Shown: positions 37,062 through 47,868 of the stretch, piece after piece
Numbering within the stretch: the stretch's first letter is position 1
Layout: every line of letters begins with the position of its first letter
Assembly: GCA_027034115.1 (NCBI GenBank)
Contig: JALVJB010000197.1
Coordinates: forward strand, 1-50,579
DNA from: Acidilobaceae archaeon
Lineage (GTDB): Archaea > Thermoproteota > Thermoprotei_A > Sulfolobales > Acidilobaceae
DNA length: 50,579 nucleotides
Reading direction: 5' to 3'
Position numbers and translations under genes: made by a program
The notes under the pieces: generated by a model
Database searches by the model: none
Told to the model about the DNA's origin: nothing
The model's input: the letters and a program-made list of their open reading frames with translations, nothing else

Positions 37062-38996
37062 ATGGGGAATAGCCCGGATCTACTATTGTTAATTGGAGGC
37101 CCTCAGGGTGGGGGCATCGAGTCGGCTGGGCAAATCGCCCTGAAAACCCTCATCCTAAAAGGCTACTCTGTCATCGGAACAAGAGACTATAAGAGCAACA
37201 TTATGGGAGCACATAGCTACTACACGATAAGGGCTAGATTCGACAGGCCGGGAGCCATAAGGTTCCCCGTAGATGCTGCGGTAGCACTGGATGCTGAGAG
37301 CATTCTAACGCACTTCAACGATGTTAAGCCAGGAGGTATTCTCGTCTATGATAAGGGCTCTCTGCACACAAAAATAGACGCTATCCAGCCAATGGAGCAG
37401 GCCCTTAAGGAGAGGCTCAAAAAACTATTCGCTGATAAAGGCCTCCCACCCATAGCGGAGTCCGCGATTAAACTAGCCGAGGAGAAGGGCGTACGCCTCA
37501 TCCCTCTCCCTATGAGGCAGCTGGTAAGAAAGCTGGCAGAGATAACAGGGGCCAGTCTAACCTCGGTTGCACGAGCTGTAAACACTATTGGCCTAACAGC
37601 GATGCTGTATCTTATGGGAATAGAGCCTAGGTGCGTTGAAAAAGCGATCGCTGCACACTTTGCCGCAAAGAAGAAGGTTGTGGCAATCAACGTAGAGGCT
37701 TCCAAGCTAGCTGTAGACTATGTTGAAGAGAACTTCGGGGCTCCTAGCGAGTTTCTCGCCGACGGTCCTCATAGAGGGAAGAAAGTGATGCTAGCCACTG
37801 GCAACGAAGTCGTAGCGATGGGTAAGATAACCGGTGGCTTAACGTTCCAAAGCTACTACCCAATAACCCCTGCAAGCGACGAAGCAATATACATGGAGAA
37901 GTTTAGGTACCATCAACTAACAAGCGAGGCAGAAGCAAAACTCGGGACGCCGAAGCTGGGAACCGTAATAGTTCAAACAGAAGACGAGCTCTCAGCAATC
38001 ATAATGGCCATCGGTGCGGCATCCGCCGGTGCAAGAGCGGCCACAAGCACGAGCGGCCCAGGCTTCGCCCTCATGAACGAGGCCATAAGCCTCGCAATAA
38101 TGGCTGAAGTTCCAGTGGTCATCACGATATGGCAGAGAGGAGGCCCTAGCACTGGCCTGCCCACGAAGGAAGGCCAGCAGGACCTCCTACACGCCCTCTT
38201 CTCAGGCCATGGGGACAATCCGAAAATAATCCTTGCAAGCGGAGACCATGTGGAGGCCTTCTATGACGCTATTAAACTCTTGAACTGGGCTGAAAAATAC
38301 CAGACACCGGCCATCCACCTTCTAGACAAGTACCTAGCAAGCACTACCACAGTCCTCTACCAGGACGAGATAGACCCCGGTAAAGCCGTTATCGAAAGAG
38401 GCTGGAGAATAGAGAACCCGACTACCGAGAAGAGGTACATGATAACAGAGACCGGCATCAGCCCCTTCATCCCAATAGGAGGAGACACAATGATCATAAC
38501 AGGGCTGGAGCATACCGAGGAAGGCTTCCCAACGGAGGACCCCGTACTTAGGGACGAGATGGTCGAGAAGAGGAGGAGGAAATTCGAGACAATAGCGAGG
38601 GAAATACCGGCGGAGGAAAAAGTAGTACTGCACGGAGATCCCGACGCTAAAGTGACCCTCGTCTCTTGGGGCTCTACAAAACCAATAATACTAGAATCAT
38701 TAAAGATACTAGAAGAGAAGGGAGTCAAGGCTAACTTCCTCCAGATACGCCTCTTCTACCCCTTCCCTGTTAAGGAAGTGCTAGACGTGTTGTCGAGAGC
38801 CGAAACCGTGATCAATATCGAGCAGAACGACTTACTCCAAGCAGCATTCCTAATCAGGGGGTTCACAGGCTACAATATTAAACATCACATCAAGAAGACT
38901 AACGGCCGAGCCTTCTGGGACACCGAAATAGCCAATGCAGTTTTAGAGATTCTTGAAACCGGGAAGAGAGAGGTGGTGGTGAAGGGTGGCGCGTAA
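37062..38996 (+). CDS. 2-oxoacid:ferredoxin oxidoreductase alpha subunit (gamma-alpha fusion)
   Basis: GGPQGGGIES, YYPITPAS, QTEDE, TSTSGPGF.LM.E, RGGPSTGLPT, GLEH.E.G. Confidence 0.94.
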   Translation: MGNSPDLLLLIGGPQGGGIESAGQIALKTLILKGYSVIGTRDYKSNIMGAHSYYTIRARFDRPGAIRFPVDAAVALDAESILTHFNDVKPGGILVYDKGSLHTKIDAIQPMEQALKERLKKLFADKGLPPIAESAIKLAEEKGVRLIPLPMRQLVRKLAEITGASLTSVARAVNTIGLTAMLYLMGIEPRCVEKAIAAHFAAKKKVVAINVEASKLAVDYVEENFGAPSEFLADGPHRGKKVMLATGNEVVAMGKITGGLTFQSYYPITPASDEAIYMEKFRYHQLTSEAEAKLGTPKLGTVIVQTEDELSAIIMAIGAASAGARAATSTSGPGFALMNEAISLAIMAEVPVVITIWQRGGPSTGLPTKEGQQDLLHALFSGHGDNPKIILASGDHVEAFYDAIKLLNWAEKYQTPAIHLLDKYLASTTTVLYQDEIDPGKAVIERGWRIENPTTEKRYMITETGISPFIPIGGDTMIITGLEHTEEGFPTEDPVLRDEMVEKRRRKFETIAREIPAEEKVVLHGDPDAKVTLVSWGSTKPIILESLKILEEKGVKANFLQIRLFYPFPVKEVLDVLSRAETVINIEQNDLLQAAFLIRGFTGYNIKHHIKKTNGRAFWDTEIANAVLEILETGKREVVVKGGA

Positions 38997-39918
38997 CTGG
39001 CTCGAATACAAGACCCCGGCCTGGGTACAGTGGTGCCCTGGCTGCGGCAACTACGGCATACTCGCCGCAGTACAGCGAGCAGTAGCAGAGCTCGACATTG
39101 ACCCTAAAAAGCTAACAGTAATCTCTGGCATAGGATGCTCAGGCAGAGAAACCTATTACATCAAAGGCTCGAATATGCACGTTGTCCATGGAAGAGCTAT
39201 ACCAGCCGCGACTGGCGTGAAGCTAGCGAGACCGGACCAGACAGTACTAGCCATTGGTGGAGACGGTGACATGCTTGGAATCGGAGTCGAGCACTTCGTA
39301 TCCGTGGGCAGGAGAAACGTTAACATAACAGTGATAGTACACGACAACTCCGTCTACGGCCTAACCAAGGGGCAAGCCGGGCCAACCCTGCCAGCATGGG
39401 TTCAAACAAAAGCCCTACCAGGACCCAACCTCCACGACAACCTAAACCCCCTGCTACTCGCCTTCGCTAGCGGGTACACGTTCATAGCCAGAGGATATGC
39501 CTACCACGTAGACCAGACCAAAGAGTTGATAAAACAAGCAATAGAGCATAAAGGAACAAGCCTAGTCCACATACTACAGCCATGCCCGACATACAACAAT
39601 ATAATGACAAAGCAGTGGTACGAGCAGAGGATCTACTACCTCCAAGAAGAAAACCCGGAATGGAACCCTCTTGTGACAAGCCAGCAGGACCTCTTACAGA
39701 AAATGCCGACAATACTAGAGAAGCTAGTTGAATGGGGTGATAGAATACCGCTAGGCGTATTCTACAGAAACATATCCAAGGACACCTTCGAGGAGCGCCT
39801 CGGAAAAATAATACTAAACTACCAGGAATACCCGCCTGGTAAGCGGCCGATAGCAATAGATGGTAAGCCCCTGGTCAACCCCTGGGAGGTCTTCAAGGAG
39901 AAAGTCATGCAAACCTAG
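38986..39918 (+). CDS. 2-oxoacid:ferredoxin oxidoreductase beta subunit
   Basis: WCPGCGNYG, SGIGCSG, HGRA, GGDGD, DNSVYGLTKGQ, QPCPTYN. Confidence 0.95.
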   Translation: MARNWLEYKTPAWVQWCPGCGNYGILAAVQRAVAELDIDPKKLTVISGIGCSGRETYYIKGSNMHVVHGRAIPAATGVKLARPDQTVLAIGGDGDMLGIGVEHFVSVGRRNVNITVIVHDNSVYGLTKGQAGPTLPAWVQTKALPGPNLHDNLNPLLLAFASGYTFIARGYAYHVDQTKELIKQAIEHKGTSLVHILQPCPTYNNIMTKQWYEQRIYYLQEENPEWNPLVTSQQDLLQKMPTILEKLVEWGDRIPLGVFYRNISKDTFEERLGKIILNYQEYPPGKRPIAIDGKPLVNPWEVFKEKVMQT

Positions 39919-39948
39919 CTTTCCCATTTTATTTTCCCCGTTAGAGAT

Positions 39949-40527
39949 ATGCCTAGGAAAAAACTAAGCGACTACATAGGCTCAGAGCCCCGTGCTAGGT
40001 GCCTGACAGAACAAGAAGTAAAGGTGATCGTTGAAAAGACAGTTGCGCAATTTTTACCGGGAATAATAGATAAAATAAATGAATTGTCGCGAGAGATTGC
40101 ATCTCTGAGAAGCGAGTTACAAGATCTCAGGAAAGAGTGCTTACAACAAGCGAGCAGAGCAGGACGCTCTCTATCGTATAGAGAGAGGAAGAAGGGAAGT
40201 TTATTTGATAAAATAAAGATAATATTAAGTGAAAATGGATATGTTTTCGCCAGTCAGTTGGCGAGAGAGCTACGCATATCTCCAGCGAGAATACTAGACG
40301 TCGCAAGGGAACTCGACTACATACTAATAGACCTAGGTGGAGACTACGCAATAATAGATCCATATTCATTAGAGGAATTCAGCCAAATGCTATCTAGTAT
40401 ATCCTCGCCAGACCCCTTAGAAGCCTCCCGTCAATTAGGGAAGTACGCTACCCTATTCGAAAAGCTTAGAAGCGAATCCCTAGTGTTCTATGACGGGAGA
40501 GCTAAGAAATGGAGGATAATACGGTGA
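39949..40527 (+). CDS. Hypothetical protein, coiled coil plus probable helix-turn-helix
   Basis: Heptad segment then ASQLARELRISPARILDVA. Confidence 0.65.
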   Translation: MPRKKLSDYIGSEPRARCLTEQEVKVIVEKTVAQFLPGIIDKINELSREIASLRSELQDLRKECLQQASRAGRSLSYRERKKGSLFDKIKIILSENGYVFASQLARELRISPARILDVARELDYILIDLGGDYAIIDPYSLEEFSQMLSSISSPDPLEASRQLGKYATLFEKLRSESLVFYDGRAKKWRIIR

Positions 40528-40838
40528 AAAACGAATTTATCGCATACAAGGCTAAAGCCGGTGATTTAATCCTAGTATACATAGCCGATAGGGAAGTGCT
40601 AGGCCGCTGTGAAGAGGACACTACGAGGGGAATCATATTAAAAGTCCCAGAATTTATGGGGAAAGGTCATCCTCTAAGCAGGGGTGATGCTATGAGGGAA
40701 ATGCTAAGAAACCCTATTATCATCCTCTACGGAGAGAAAGTGGTAGAACTTGCCGTCGAACTTGGCCTAGTAGATCCGCAGAGCATACTAGATGTAAATG
40801 GCTTAAAGCATGTTCAAATATTCAAGTTTACATATTAG
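40509..40838 (+). CDS. DUF424-family protein
   Basis: ADREVLG, V.EFMG, GEKVVELAVELGLVDP.SIL.V.G.KHVQI. Confidence 0.75.
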   Translation: MEDNTVKNEFIAYKAKAGDLILVYIADREVLGRCEEDTTRGIILKVPEFMGKGHPLSRGDAMREMLRNPIIILYGEKVVELAVELGLVDPQSILDVNGLKHVQIFKFTY

Positions 40839-40937
40839 GTAAATAAGTGCTAGAAGAACCCTAGTATAGTCGAGACTATTACACAGCCTATTGAGAGGCT
40901 CCCCTATTAGTTGTAATGCCGGACAACGGTGATTGTT

Positions 40938-41738
40938 ATGGGAGACATTGTAGTACTAGTAAAACCAGCCCTCAACCCAGACATGGTAAGGGCTAAGCCC
41001 GACGGCGCAGTCGATCTAGATGCTATTCCATTAAAGCTGGACGATATAGATGCAAACGCTCTCTTTGAAGCGCAAAAACTAAAGAAAACCCTTGGCGGGA
41101 AAATAGCCGCCCTCTTAATACTAACATGGGGTCCAGTTGCTAGGAGGCAAAAAGACCTGAGAATGGTTGCCCAGGAAGCACTTGCCCGGGGAGCAGACGA
41201 GGCCCATATCGTGGCCGACGATGAAATTATACCTGGGGATCCCGTGACAACGGCTTCAGCAGTAGTGGCAACGATCAAGAAAGCAGGCCTCAACCCAGAC
41301 CTAATACTTGTAGCCGAGGCATCCATAGACCAGACTACAGGCCAGGTAGCGGGAAGAGTAGCGGCGAAACTCGGCTATCCCTACATAAGCTTCGCTAGGA
41401 AACTGGAGGTCAGCGATGGTAAGGTCATCGCTGAGAGGGACCTTGAGGAACACATAGAAGTTGTTGAAGCACCGCTCCCCGCTGTAGTCAGTGTAACCCA
41501 AGAGATCAACGAGCCCAGACCCCCAACGCTAATTCAAATTAGAAGAGCTGGTAAGAAGCCGCAGAACTACTATAAGATCTCCGATTTAGGAGATGTAAAG
41601 AAACCGGTCAAAGAGATACTAGAGCAAAGGATACTCACAGTCGCTAGGAAACAAATTATCATTGAGGGAGACACGCTTGAGGAAATTGCTGAGAAGCTAA
41701 TAGAAGCCCTCGAAAAAGAGGGTGTCCTGAAGATCTAG
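40938..41738 (+). CDS. etfB: Electron transfer flavoprotein beta subunit
   Basis: VVLVK, D.NALFEA, ALARGAD, SIDQTTGQV, INEPR.P. Confidence 0.92.
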   Translation: MGDIVVLVKPALNPDMVRAKPDGAVDLDAIPLKLDDIDANALFEAQKLKKTLGGKIAALLILTWGPVARRQKDLRMVAQEALARGADEAHIVADDEIIPGDPVTTASAVVATIKKAGLNPDLILVAEASIDQTTGQVAGRVAAKLGYPYISFARKLEVSDGKVIAERDLEEHIEVVEAPLPAVVSVTQEINEPRPPTLIQIRRAGKKPQNYYKISDLGDVKKPVKEILEQRILTVARKQIIIEGDTLEEIAEKLIEALEKEGVLKI

Positions 41739-41750
41739 AGGTGGTGAGCA

Positions 41751-42665
41751 ATGGCGGGAGCTCTAATTGTGGGTTCTAGTATTCAGGAGATCCGAGAGGC
41801 CCTTGGAGCCGTCTCTTCCTTAGAAGGAGAGAAGGTAGTGCTAGCCTATGGAAAGGCCGCTGAAAATGAGGCGCTATCGAAGCTAGGAGTTAAAGTTTAC
41901 AAGCTGAATAGCAGTCATCCAGATCACATAGTGAAAGCGGTAGAGCAACTATTCGAGAAGTTCAAGCCGTCTATAATAATAGGCTGGATAACTAAGAACA
42001 ATAGAGCAGCCCTATCTTACTTCGCAGGCCTCCACGATATCCCCATGGCTACCGATGTAACAGAGCTAGGGATTGAAGGCGACCATGTAGTATACAAGAG
42101 GGGTTTCCTTAGCGAGAGAGCTATAGCAAGGGAAAAGATACCGACGCCAGCAGTGGTCCTGATAAACCAGAAAGTCTTCGCTCCAGTAGAGGCTGAAGCT
42201 TCAGCGCAAGTCGAAGAAATACACGTTGAAGAGGAGAAGGTAGTTTTAAAAGAAGTAAAACCCAAGATGCTCAGCGGTATTAACCTTGAAGATGCTGAAA
42301 TAATAGTTGGAGTCGGGAGAGGTTTCAAGAAGAAGGAAGACCTCCAACTAGCCTTCAAGCTCGCGGAACTACTTGGAGCCCAGGTTGGAGCGTCGAGGCC
42401 AATAGCAGCAGATTACAAGTGGCTACCAGAGGACGCATGGATAGGTATCAGTGGTAAGAGAGTCGCACCAAAACTCTACATCGCCATAGGTATCAGTGGT
42501 GCCCCGCAGCACATGGCCGGAGTCATGAACTCAAAGATCATAGTAGCGATTAACAAGGATAAGTCGGCTCCAATATTCAAGCAAGCAGACTACGGAGTAG
42601 TAGCTGACCTCTACCAATTCCTACCAGTACTGATTAAGAAGCTAGAGGAGAGGAAAAAGAAGTAG
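41751..42665 (+). CDS. etfA: Electron transfer flavoprotein alpha subunit
   Basis: AEIIVGVGRG, GASRP, IGISG..VAPKLYIAIGISGAPQH.AG, INKD.SAPIF..ADYG. Confidence 0.94.
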   Translation: MAGALIVGSSIQEIREALGAVSSLEGEKVVLAYGKAAENEALSKLGVKVYKLNSSHPDHIVKAVEQLFEKFKPSIIIGWITKNNRAALSYFAGLHDIPMATDVTELGIEGDHVVYKRGFLSERAIAREKIPTPAVVLINQKVFAPVEAEASAQVEEIHVEEEKVVLKEVKPKMLSGINLEDAEIIVGVGRGFKKKEDLQLAFKLAELLGAQVGASRPIAADYKWLPEDAWIGISGKRVAPKLYIAIGISGAPQHMAGVMNSKIIVAINKDKSAPIFKQADYGVVADLYQFLPVLIKKLEERKKK

Positions 42666-42734
42666 TGAGTATTAACTAACACAGCTAACCCACTCTTTTT
42701 CCCCAAACGATAGAGTCCTCTCCGGTAGTACAGC

Positions 42735-43844
42735 ATGGAGGCGGTTGGCTGCGAGTTCATACCGGGATTATTAGCGTCTCTCGTAACAATACTCCTACTA
42801 GTTCTATTCCTACCCTTCAAATCGAAGAAAGTTGAAGAGAACCTCGAACCGTTCTTTCTGCTAATGGGTCTTATAGGCGTGTCAGTAAACTACTACTATC
42901 ACGTGATCTCGTCACAGGAGATAATCGAATTAGCCAAGAAGGCTTCGATAACGCCAGTATCTATTTCTGGCACTCCTATTGGCATCACGCAGGTAGTATT
43001 CATCTTCGGTCTAATATTCTACTATTATCATAGGAAAATATATAATGGAATCAACTGGATGATCCGCAAACTCGGATTCTACACCTTCGTCCTAGTATTC
43101 GTGATCATCTTCGGCTTAATATCGAGCCTAATATCTGTAATAGTAACAGCCGTTATTCTCGCAGAAATAGCCGCCGCCCTCAAAATAGAGCGCAAATATA
43201 AGATAGAATTCGTAGTTCTAGCATCATTCTCAGTAGGCCTTGGTGCAGCACTCACCCCTGTGGGAGAGCCTCTATCAACAATAGCGATATCAAAGCTAAA
43301 TGAGAGCTTCGACTTCCTACTCCGGATACTAGGCGTTTACGTAGTAGCTGGTATCCTAGCAATCGGCGTCTATACCGTGTATAGATTGAAGAAGAGTGGC
43401 GCCAAGGTCTATGGAGTCGAGGCAACTTACGGAGAGACGCTCAGGGGCGTAGTCGAAAGAACTATCAGGGTGTATATTTTCGTGGCGGCACTAGAACTAT
43501 TAGGCCACAGCTTCTCATACCTGGCAGTATGCTACTTCAACAAGCTACCTCCATGGGCTCTATACTGGCTCAACACCATAAGCGCAGTAGTCGATAACGC
43601 TACACTAACAGCTGCCGAGATTAACAAGGCCATGACGATTGAGCAGATAAGAAGCGCACTAATGGGCCTGCTAATCTCTGGCGGCATGCTAATCCCCGGC
43701 AACATCCCCAATATAGTCGCCGCGGGCAGACTAAAGATTACAAGCAAGGAATGGGCCAGAGTAGGGGTTCCCTTCGGCCTAGCGCTACTCATCGTCTACT
43801 TCATAATACTAGAAGTACTAAAGATACACATCTCAATATACTAG
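42735..43844 (+). CDS. DUF1646-family predicted ion transporter
   Basis: VEENLE.F, GLGAALTPVGEPLSTI, SAVVDNATL.AAEI, GGMLIPGNIPNI. Confidence 0.82.
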   Translation: MEAVGCEFIPGLLASLVTILLLVLFLPFKSKKVEENLEPFFLLMGLIGVSVNYYYHVISSQEIIELAKKASITPVSISGTPIGITQVVFIFGLIFYYYHRKIYNGINWMIRKLGFYTFVLVFVIIFGLISSLISVIVTAVILAEIAAALKIERKYKIEFVVLASFSVGLGAALTPVGEPLSTIAISKLNESFDFLLRILGVYVVAGILAIGVYTVYRLKKSGAKVYGVEATYGETLRGVVERTIRVYIFVAALELLGHSFSYLAVCYFNKLPPWALYWLNTISAVVDNATLTAAEINKAMTIEQIRSALMGLLISGGMLIPGNIPNIVAAGRLKITSKEWARVGVPFGLALLIVYFIILEVLKIHISIY

Positions 43845-43861
43845 AAATGGGGGCGTGAACG

Positions 43862-44743
43862 GTGAAACCTCTGGAAAGGATCCTCGTTCCCGTCGATCTC
43901 TCGCCGGTAAGCGAGGAGCTAGTAAGACTAGCAGGGAGGCTCGCCCTCCGATACGGCAGCGAACTCGTGCTCTTCCACGCAATTGATAACTTAATAGTAG
44001 AGCATGTCGCAGCTGGCTTCAACCCAGACAAGGTGATAATGGACCTGGAACAAAGGGCTAAAGCAAAACTCGAGGAACTAAAGAAAATACTAGATGACAT
44101 GAACGTCCCAGCTACTATCTACGATGAAATACCAGTTGACGACCCGGCTATCGCAATTAACAACGCCGCCGTTAAGGCTGGTGCAACTGAGATAATCATA
44201 GCGAAAAGAGGGTGGAGGTTACGCAGGTTTTCACTCGTAGGCTCAACTACTAAGGAACTCGTAAAGATAGCTAGAGTACCAGTGATCGTCTACCACTCGT
44301 ACTATGATCGAGAGTCGAAGAAGCCAGCGATAGTAGGCGACGAGAATATAACTGACAAGCTACTTGTCACCGTAGATAAGAATACCACGAGGGAGTTAAT
44401 CGAGTACTCAGTAAACCTAGCTTTTTACTATGAAAGCGAGGAAATCTATGTACTACATGTTATGGAGGAGGGTGAGAGCGATGAAAAATATAATAAAATA
44501 TTAGAAGATATTATTAATAGTTTCAAGAGTAGAGTGCCAGGTAAGGTTAGGAGAATCCTGTTAAAAGGAGGAAAAATAGGTAAAATAATAGTTAAAATGG
44601 CTGAATCACTTGAGACCACGATAATCGCCGGGCGGACTCTAGTAAGGAGCCCTCTCGAATACATACTGGGTACAACCCTAGATCATATAATAAAACTCTC
44701 AACTAGACCAGTAATTGTATATCCCATACATAGCCCAGAGTAA
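43862..44743 (+). CDS. Tandem universal stress protein
   Basis: RILVPVDLS, VGSTTKEL, second domain ILGTTLD...RPVIVYP. Confidence 0.88.
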   Translation: MKPLERILVPVDLSPVSEELVRLAGRLALRYGSELVLFHAIDNLIVEHVAAGFNPDKVIMDLEQRAKAKLEELKKILDDMNVPATIYDEIPVDDPAIAINNAAVKAGATEIIIAKRGWRLRRFSLVGSTTKELVKIARVPVIVYHSYYDRESKKPAIVGDENITDKLLVTVDKNTTRELIEYSVNLAFYYESEEIYVLHVMEEGESDEKYNKILEDIINSFKSRVPGKVRRILLKGGKIGKIIVKMAESLETTIIAGRTLVRSPLEYILGTTLDHIIKLSTRPVIVYPIHSPE

Positions 44744-44755
44744 CCCAGGGGGCCG

Positions 44756-45043
44756 ATGACTGGAATATTGCGAGAGAGGGACCGAGAGACTAGTGACGAC
44801 GGGTGCAAGCAAGGAGGCCTAATCAGGGAACTAATAGAAGCAATAATATATAATACATATAAATATTTTGATAAAAAGGGAACGTTGAATAGTGATGGGC
44901 GGAAGGCAGTCGCGAGGATTCTTAAAATGAGTAAAAACGACAGGCAAAGACAATACTTGAAGAGAGTACTAAGAATGCCGACCTATGAAGAACTGTTAAA
45001 AGTATATAATATTTTATTTGAAGAATGTATTTATGGGGATTGA
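44756..45043 (+). CDS. Hypothetical protein
   Basis: 95-aa ORF filling the gap in a co-directional run. Confidence 0.5.
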   Translation: MTGILRERDRETSDDGCKQGGLIRELIEAIIYNTYKYFDKKGTLNSDGRKAVARILKMSKNDRQRQYLKRVLRMPTYEELLKVYNILFEECIYGD

Positions 45044-45045
45044 TT

Positions 45046-46011
45046 ATGAGAAAGACGATATATTCCATAATATTAATTATTATTTTTTTATTACTTTTTA
45101 TTATTTCATTGAGCATTGGGGCTGTGCGAGCAATCACATTATCAACACTAATCCACGCCCTCGAGACTGGTAGGGTAACAGGAGTTATACGATACAGGTT
45201 GGTCAGGTCCTTGGCATCTATTATACTAGGCGCCGGGCTAGGGCTATCCGGGTTAACTATGCAGTACGCCCTTAGAAACCCTCTAAGCGACCCCTATCTT
45301 CTAGGCGTCTCCGCTGGGGCATCTCTAGGCATATTGCTTGCAGTTATTTATGGGAGCTCATATTCTCCGGCGCTGATCTATGGCGTAGCATTGTTCTCGG
45401 GTATAGTTACATTCCTCGCTGTCGTAGCGATAGGGGCTGGAGCTGGGGGGTCTCCTTCAGCGCTTATAGTATCTGGGGTGTCTGTTAGTTATGCGCTCTC
45501 CGGGGTTTCAATAATGCTCTTTATTAAAAATATAAATAAAATTAATATGACATTTATATGGTTGTTTGGGACAATCGCTTATGTTATCCCGATTTACTTG
45601 ATTTATAGTTCATTAATATTATTTATTATTATTATTATATTAATATTTAATTCAAGTAGAATATATTCCCTAATATTGGGAGATGACGTCAGCGAGTCAA
45701 TGGGGGTCGATGTGAAGAAGACCCGGTACATAGCTCTCCTATCATCGGGGGCAGTAGCGTCAGCAATGGTCGCTTTAGCGGGTCCAGTGGGCTTCATAGG
45801 TCTCGCCGCGCCATGGATAGCTAGACTGATGTATGGAAGCAAGTACACCACCGTGCTTGCTTCAAGCATGGTGATTGGGGCGATACTAGCCCAGATCTCT
45901 GATATAATGGTTCGAATCATAGGTGGTGCCCAGGAAATACCGTTAACCGCTTTCACCGCACTCTTCGGGGGACCCCTACTCTTCTACCTGACGAGGAAAA
46001 CAGGGTGGTAG
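45046..46011 (+). CDS. FecCD/BtuC-family iron-chelate or cobalamin ABC permease
   Basis: MQYALRNPLSDPYLLGVSAGA, LGDD.S.SMG, GPVGFIGLAAP, EIP...TALFGGP; ATG 45046 preferred. Confidence 0.9.
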   Translation: MRKTIYSIILIIIFLLLFIISLSIGAVRAITLSTLIHALETGRVTGVIRYRLVRSLASIILGAGLGLSGLTMQYALRNPLSDPYLLGVSAGASLGILLAVIYGSSYSPALIYGVALFSGIVTFLAVVAIGAGAGGSPSALIVSGVSVSYALSGVSIMLFIKNINKINMTFIWLFGTIAYVIPIYLIYSSLILFIIIIILIFNSSRIYSLILGDDVSESMGVDVKKTRYIALLSSGAVASAMVALAGPVGFIGLAAPWIARLMYGSKYTTVLASSMVIGAILAQISDIMVRIIGGAQEIPLTAFTALFGGPLLFYLTRKTGW

Positions 46012-46742
46012 ACGGAATGAACTGTGTATTGGAGGGCGAGAATGTTAGCGTTAAAGCTAATGGTAGAGTAATACTTGACAATGTCTCCTTCGCTTTCGGC
46101 CCCGGGCTTAACGCGGTAGTCGGCCCTAACGGTGCCGGCAAGAGCACCCTATTGAAGGTAATAGCAGGCCTCGCAGACTACACGGGTGAAATAAGGTTTT
46201 GTGGTTCGAGAATAGAAAGTCTCCGGGGTAGTGTGTCATATATGCCGGCGACCCCGGTAGTAGACCCGCTTGCAACGGTTCGAGACGTTCTAGAGGCAGG
46301 CCTCTATGGTACTAGTCAGAGCGTAGAGGGAGCGTTAGGGGTCCTCAAAGAATTCCTGCCTCCAGAGTATTCTAGTAGAAGGTTCCTAACACTCAGTAGT
46401 GGTGAGCAGAGGCTAGTATGCATTACAAGAGCTCTGGCTAGGAACTCTAGGGTAGTACTATTAGACGAACCTCTCTCTTTTCTCGATGTTAAGAACCAAG
46501 TAAAAATATTAAATTATATTAAAAAATATACTAAAAAGTTCAACACTATAGTGCTCGCCGCAATCCATGAAATACACTACTTACACGCATTTCAAAGAAT
46601 TATGCTACTAGACAGGGGAGTAACATATTTCCAAGGCACTACAAATGATTTAAAACGCGAATTAATAGAAAGAGTCTATGGTTTAAAAATACTCGAAGTA
46701 AATGAGAATGGATATCGTGGTTTTATTCCAATAATAAGTTAA
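46005..46742 (+). CDS. Iron-chelate/cobalamin ABC transporter ATPase
   Basis: GPNGAGKST, LSSGEQR, LLDEP.SFLD..NQ. Confidence 0.9.
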   Translation: MVDGMNCVLEGENVSVKANGRVILDNVSFAFGPGLNAVVGPNGAGKSTLLKVIAGLADYTGEIRFCGSRIESLRGSVSYMPATPVVDPLATVRDVLEAGLYGTSQSVEGALGVLKEFLPPEYSSRRFLTLSSGEQRLVCITRALARNSRVVLLDEPLSFLDVKNQVKILNYIKKYTKKFNTIVLAAIHEIHYLHAFQRIMLLDRGVTYFQGTTNDLKRELIERVYGLKILEVNENGYRGFIPIIS

Positions 46743-46753
46743 TATTAGAGAAT

Positions 46754-47701
46754 TTAAATTAGCCTTATTGCTTCCAGACACTGGAGGTGCTCTATAATAT
46801 TAGAGAGTATTTCGGTAAAAGTCTCAGCCTTAGAGTATATATAGGGGCTCTTCTCTGAAAGCTTCTTGCTAGCCTCACGGATCCTGTCAAGAAGGGCAGT
46901 AGTGTTATCCAACCCGGAACCCTCTAATATATATTTCTTTATTTTTAAAAGTATTTGTATAATATTGTTGATTATCATGGCTGCTTCATCCTGGGGCAAG
47001 TCTATTTTTATGCTATGGAGGGTTTCGATTGTTCTTAGTGCTATCTTTGTTAGAGTCCAAAGATCCTTTGAAATTAGTTCATATAGCAACCGCTTTATTA
47101 TTTCATTATTCTCTTGAATGATTGAGCTGTCTTGTAATATTGCTCTCGTAATATCATTATATGCCTTGAGGGATTCATCTAGCAAGTTTCTAGTATCAAT
47201 AACTAGCTCTTTTTTGACTCCTTTATCGAGATACTCTTCCACACTACTTAAGATAAGAGTTAGATTTTCTATAAGTCTTGATAATAATTTAATTATTTTT
47301 TCATGGGTTTCTATATTTTCTATATATATTATTATTTTATTGTCCCTTATCTCATGCTCAGTTCCAGGAAGATCTCGGAGAGCCAGAATCAGTTTATTCA
47401 CTGTTGTCGCTTTTAGCTGGTTAAGATCCACTACTATTTTTTTATAATTAATAAAATATAAACATTTTATAATTTTTAATAAGGTGTCTTCCGGAATGTT
47501 ATCCACAGATAGTTCGAATGTACTTATTTCATCTTCAAAATTTTTAGGTCTTATTATAAGATAATGGTCTTTTAATTCAACAATCACCGTGTCGCCTGGC
47601 TTTAAACCCACCCTTTTAACCCACTTCTTGGGAAGTGTTACGATCAAGGAGCTGGTGCCTAATCTTTGAACCCTTCTCTCCTCTGAAGACCCGTGTGCCA
47701 C
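46754..47701 (-). CDS. AbrB/SpoVT-domain PhoU-like regulator
   Basis: RRVQRLGTSSLIVTLPKKWV..GL.PGD.V N-terminus followed by a divergent helical PhoU-like region. Confidence 0.8.
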   Translation of the reverse strand: MAHGSSEERRVQRLGTSSLIVTLPKKWVKRVGLKPGDTVIVELKDHYLIIRPKNFEDEISTFELSVDNIPEDTLLKIIKCLYFINYKKIVVDLNQLKATTVNKLILALRDLPGTEHEIRDNKIIIYIENIETHEKIIKLLSRLIENLTLILSSVEEYLDKGVKKELVIDTRNLLDESLKAYNDITRAILQDSSIIQENNEIIKRLLYELISKDLWTLTKIALRTIETLHSIKIDLPQDEAAMIINNIIQILLKIKKYILEGSGLDNTTALLDRIREASKKLSEKSPYIYSKAETFTEILSNIIEHLQCLEAIRLI

Positions 47702-47868
47702 CCCCAGACCCCTCGTATATATGCTCTACCTTATGAATATATGTTTAGAAGTAGTACATGTACTAAGCTAATAAAGCCGCTAACAAGAAGGGTCAATGAG
47801 AGGGATGCAATATCAGCCGACAACCGATACTTGGAGACCCTAACAGAGCGCTGCTCTCAAAGCCGGTT

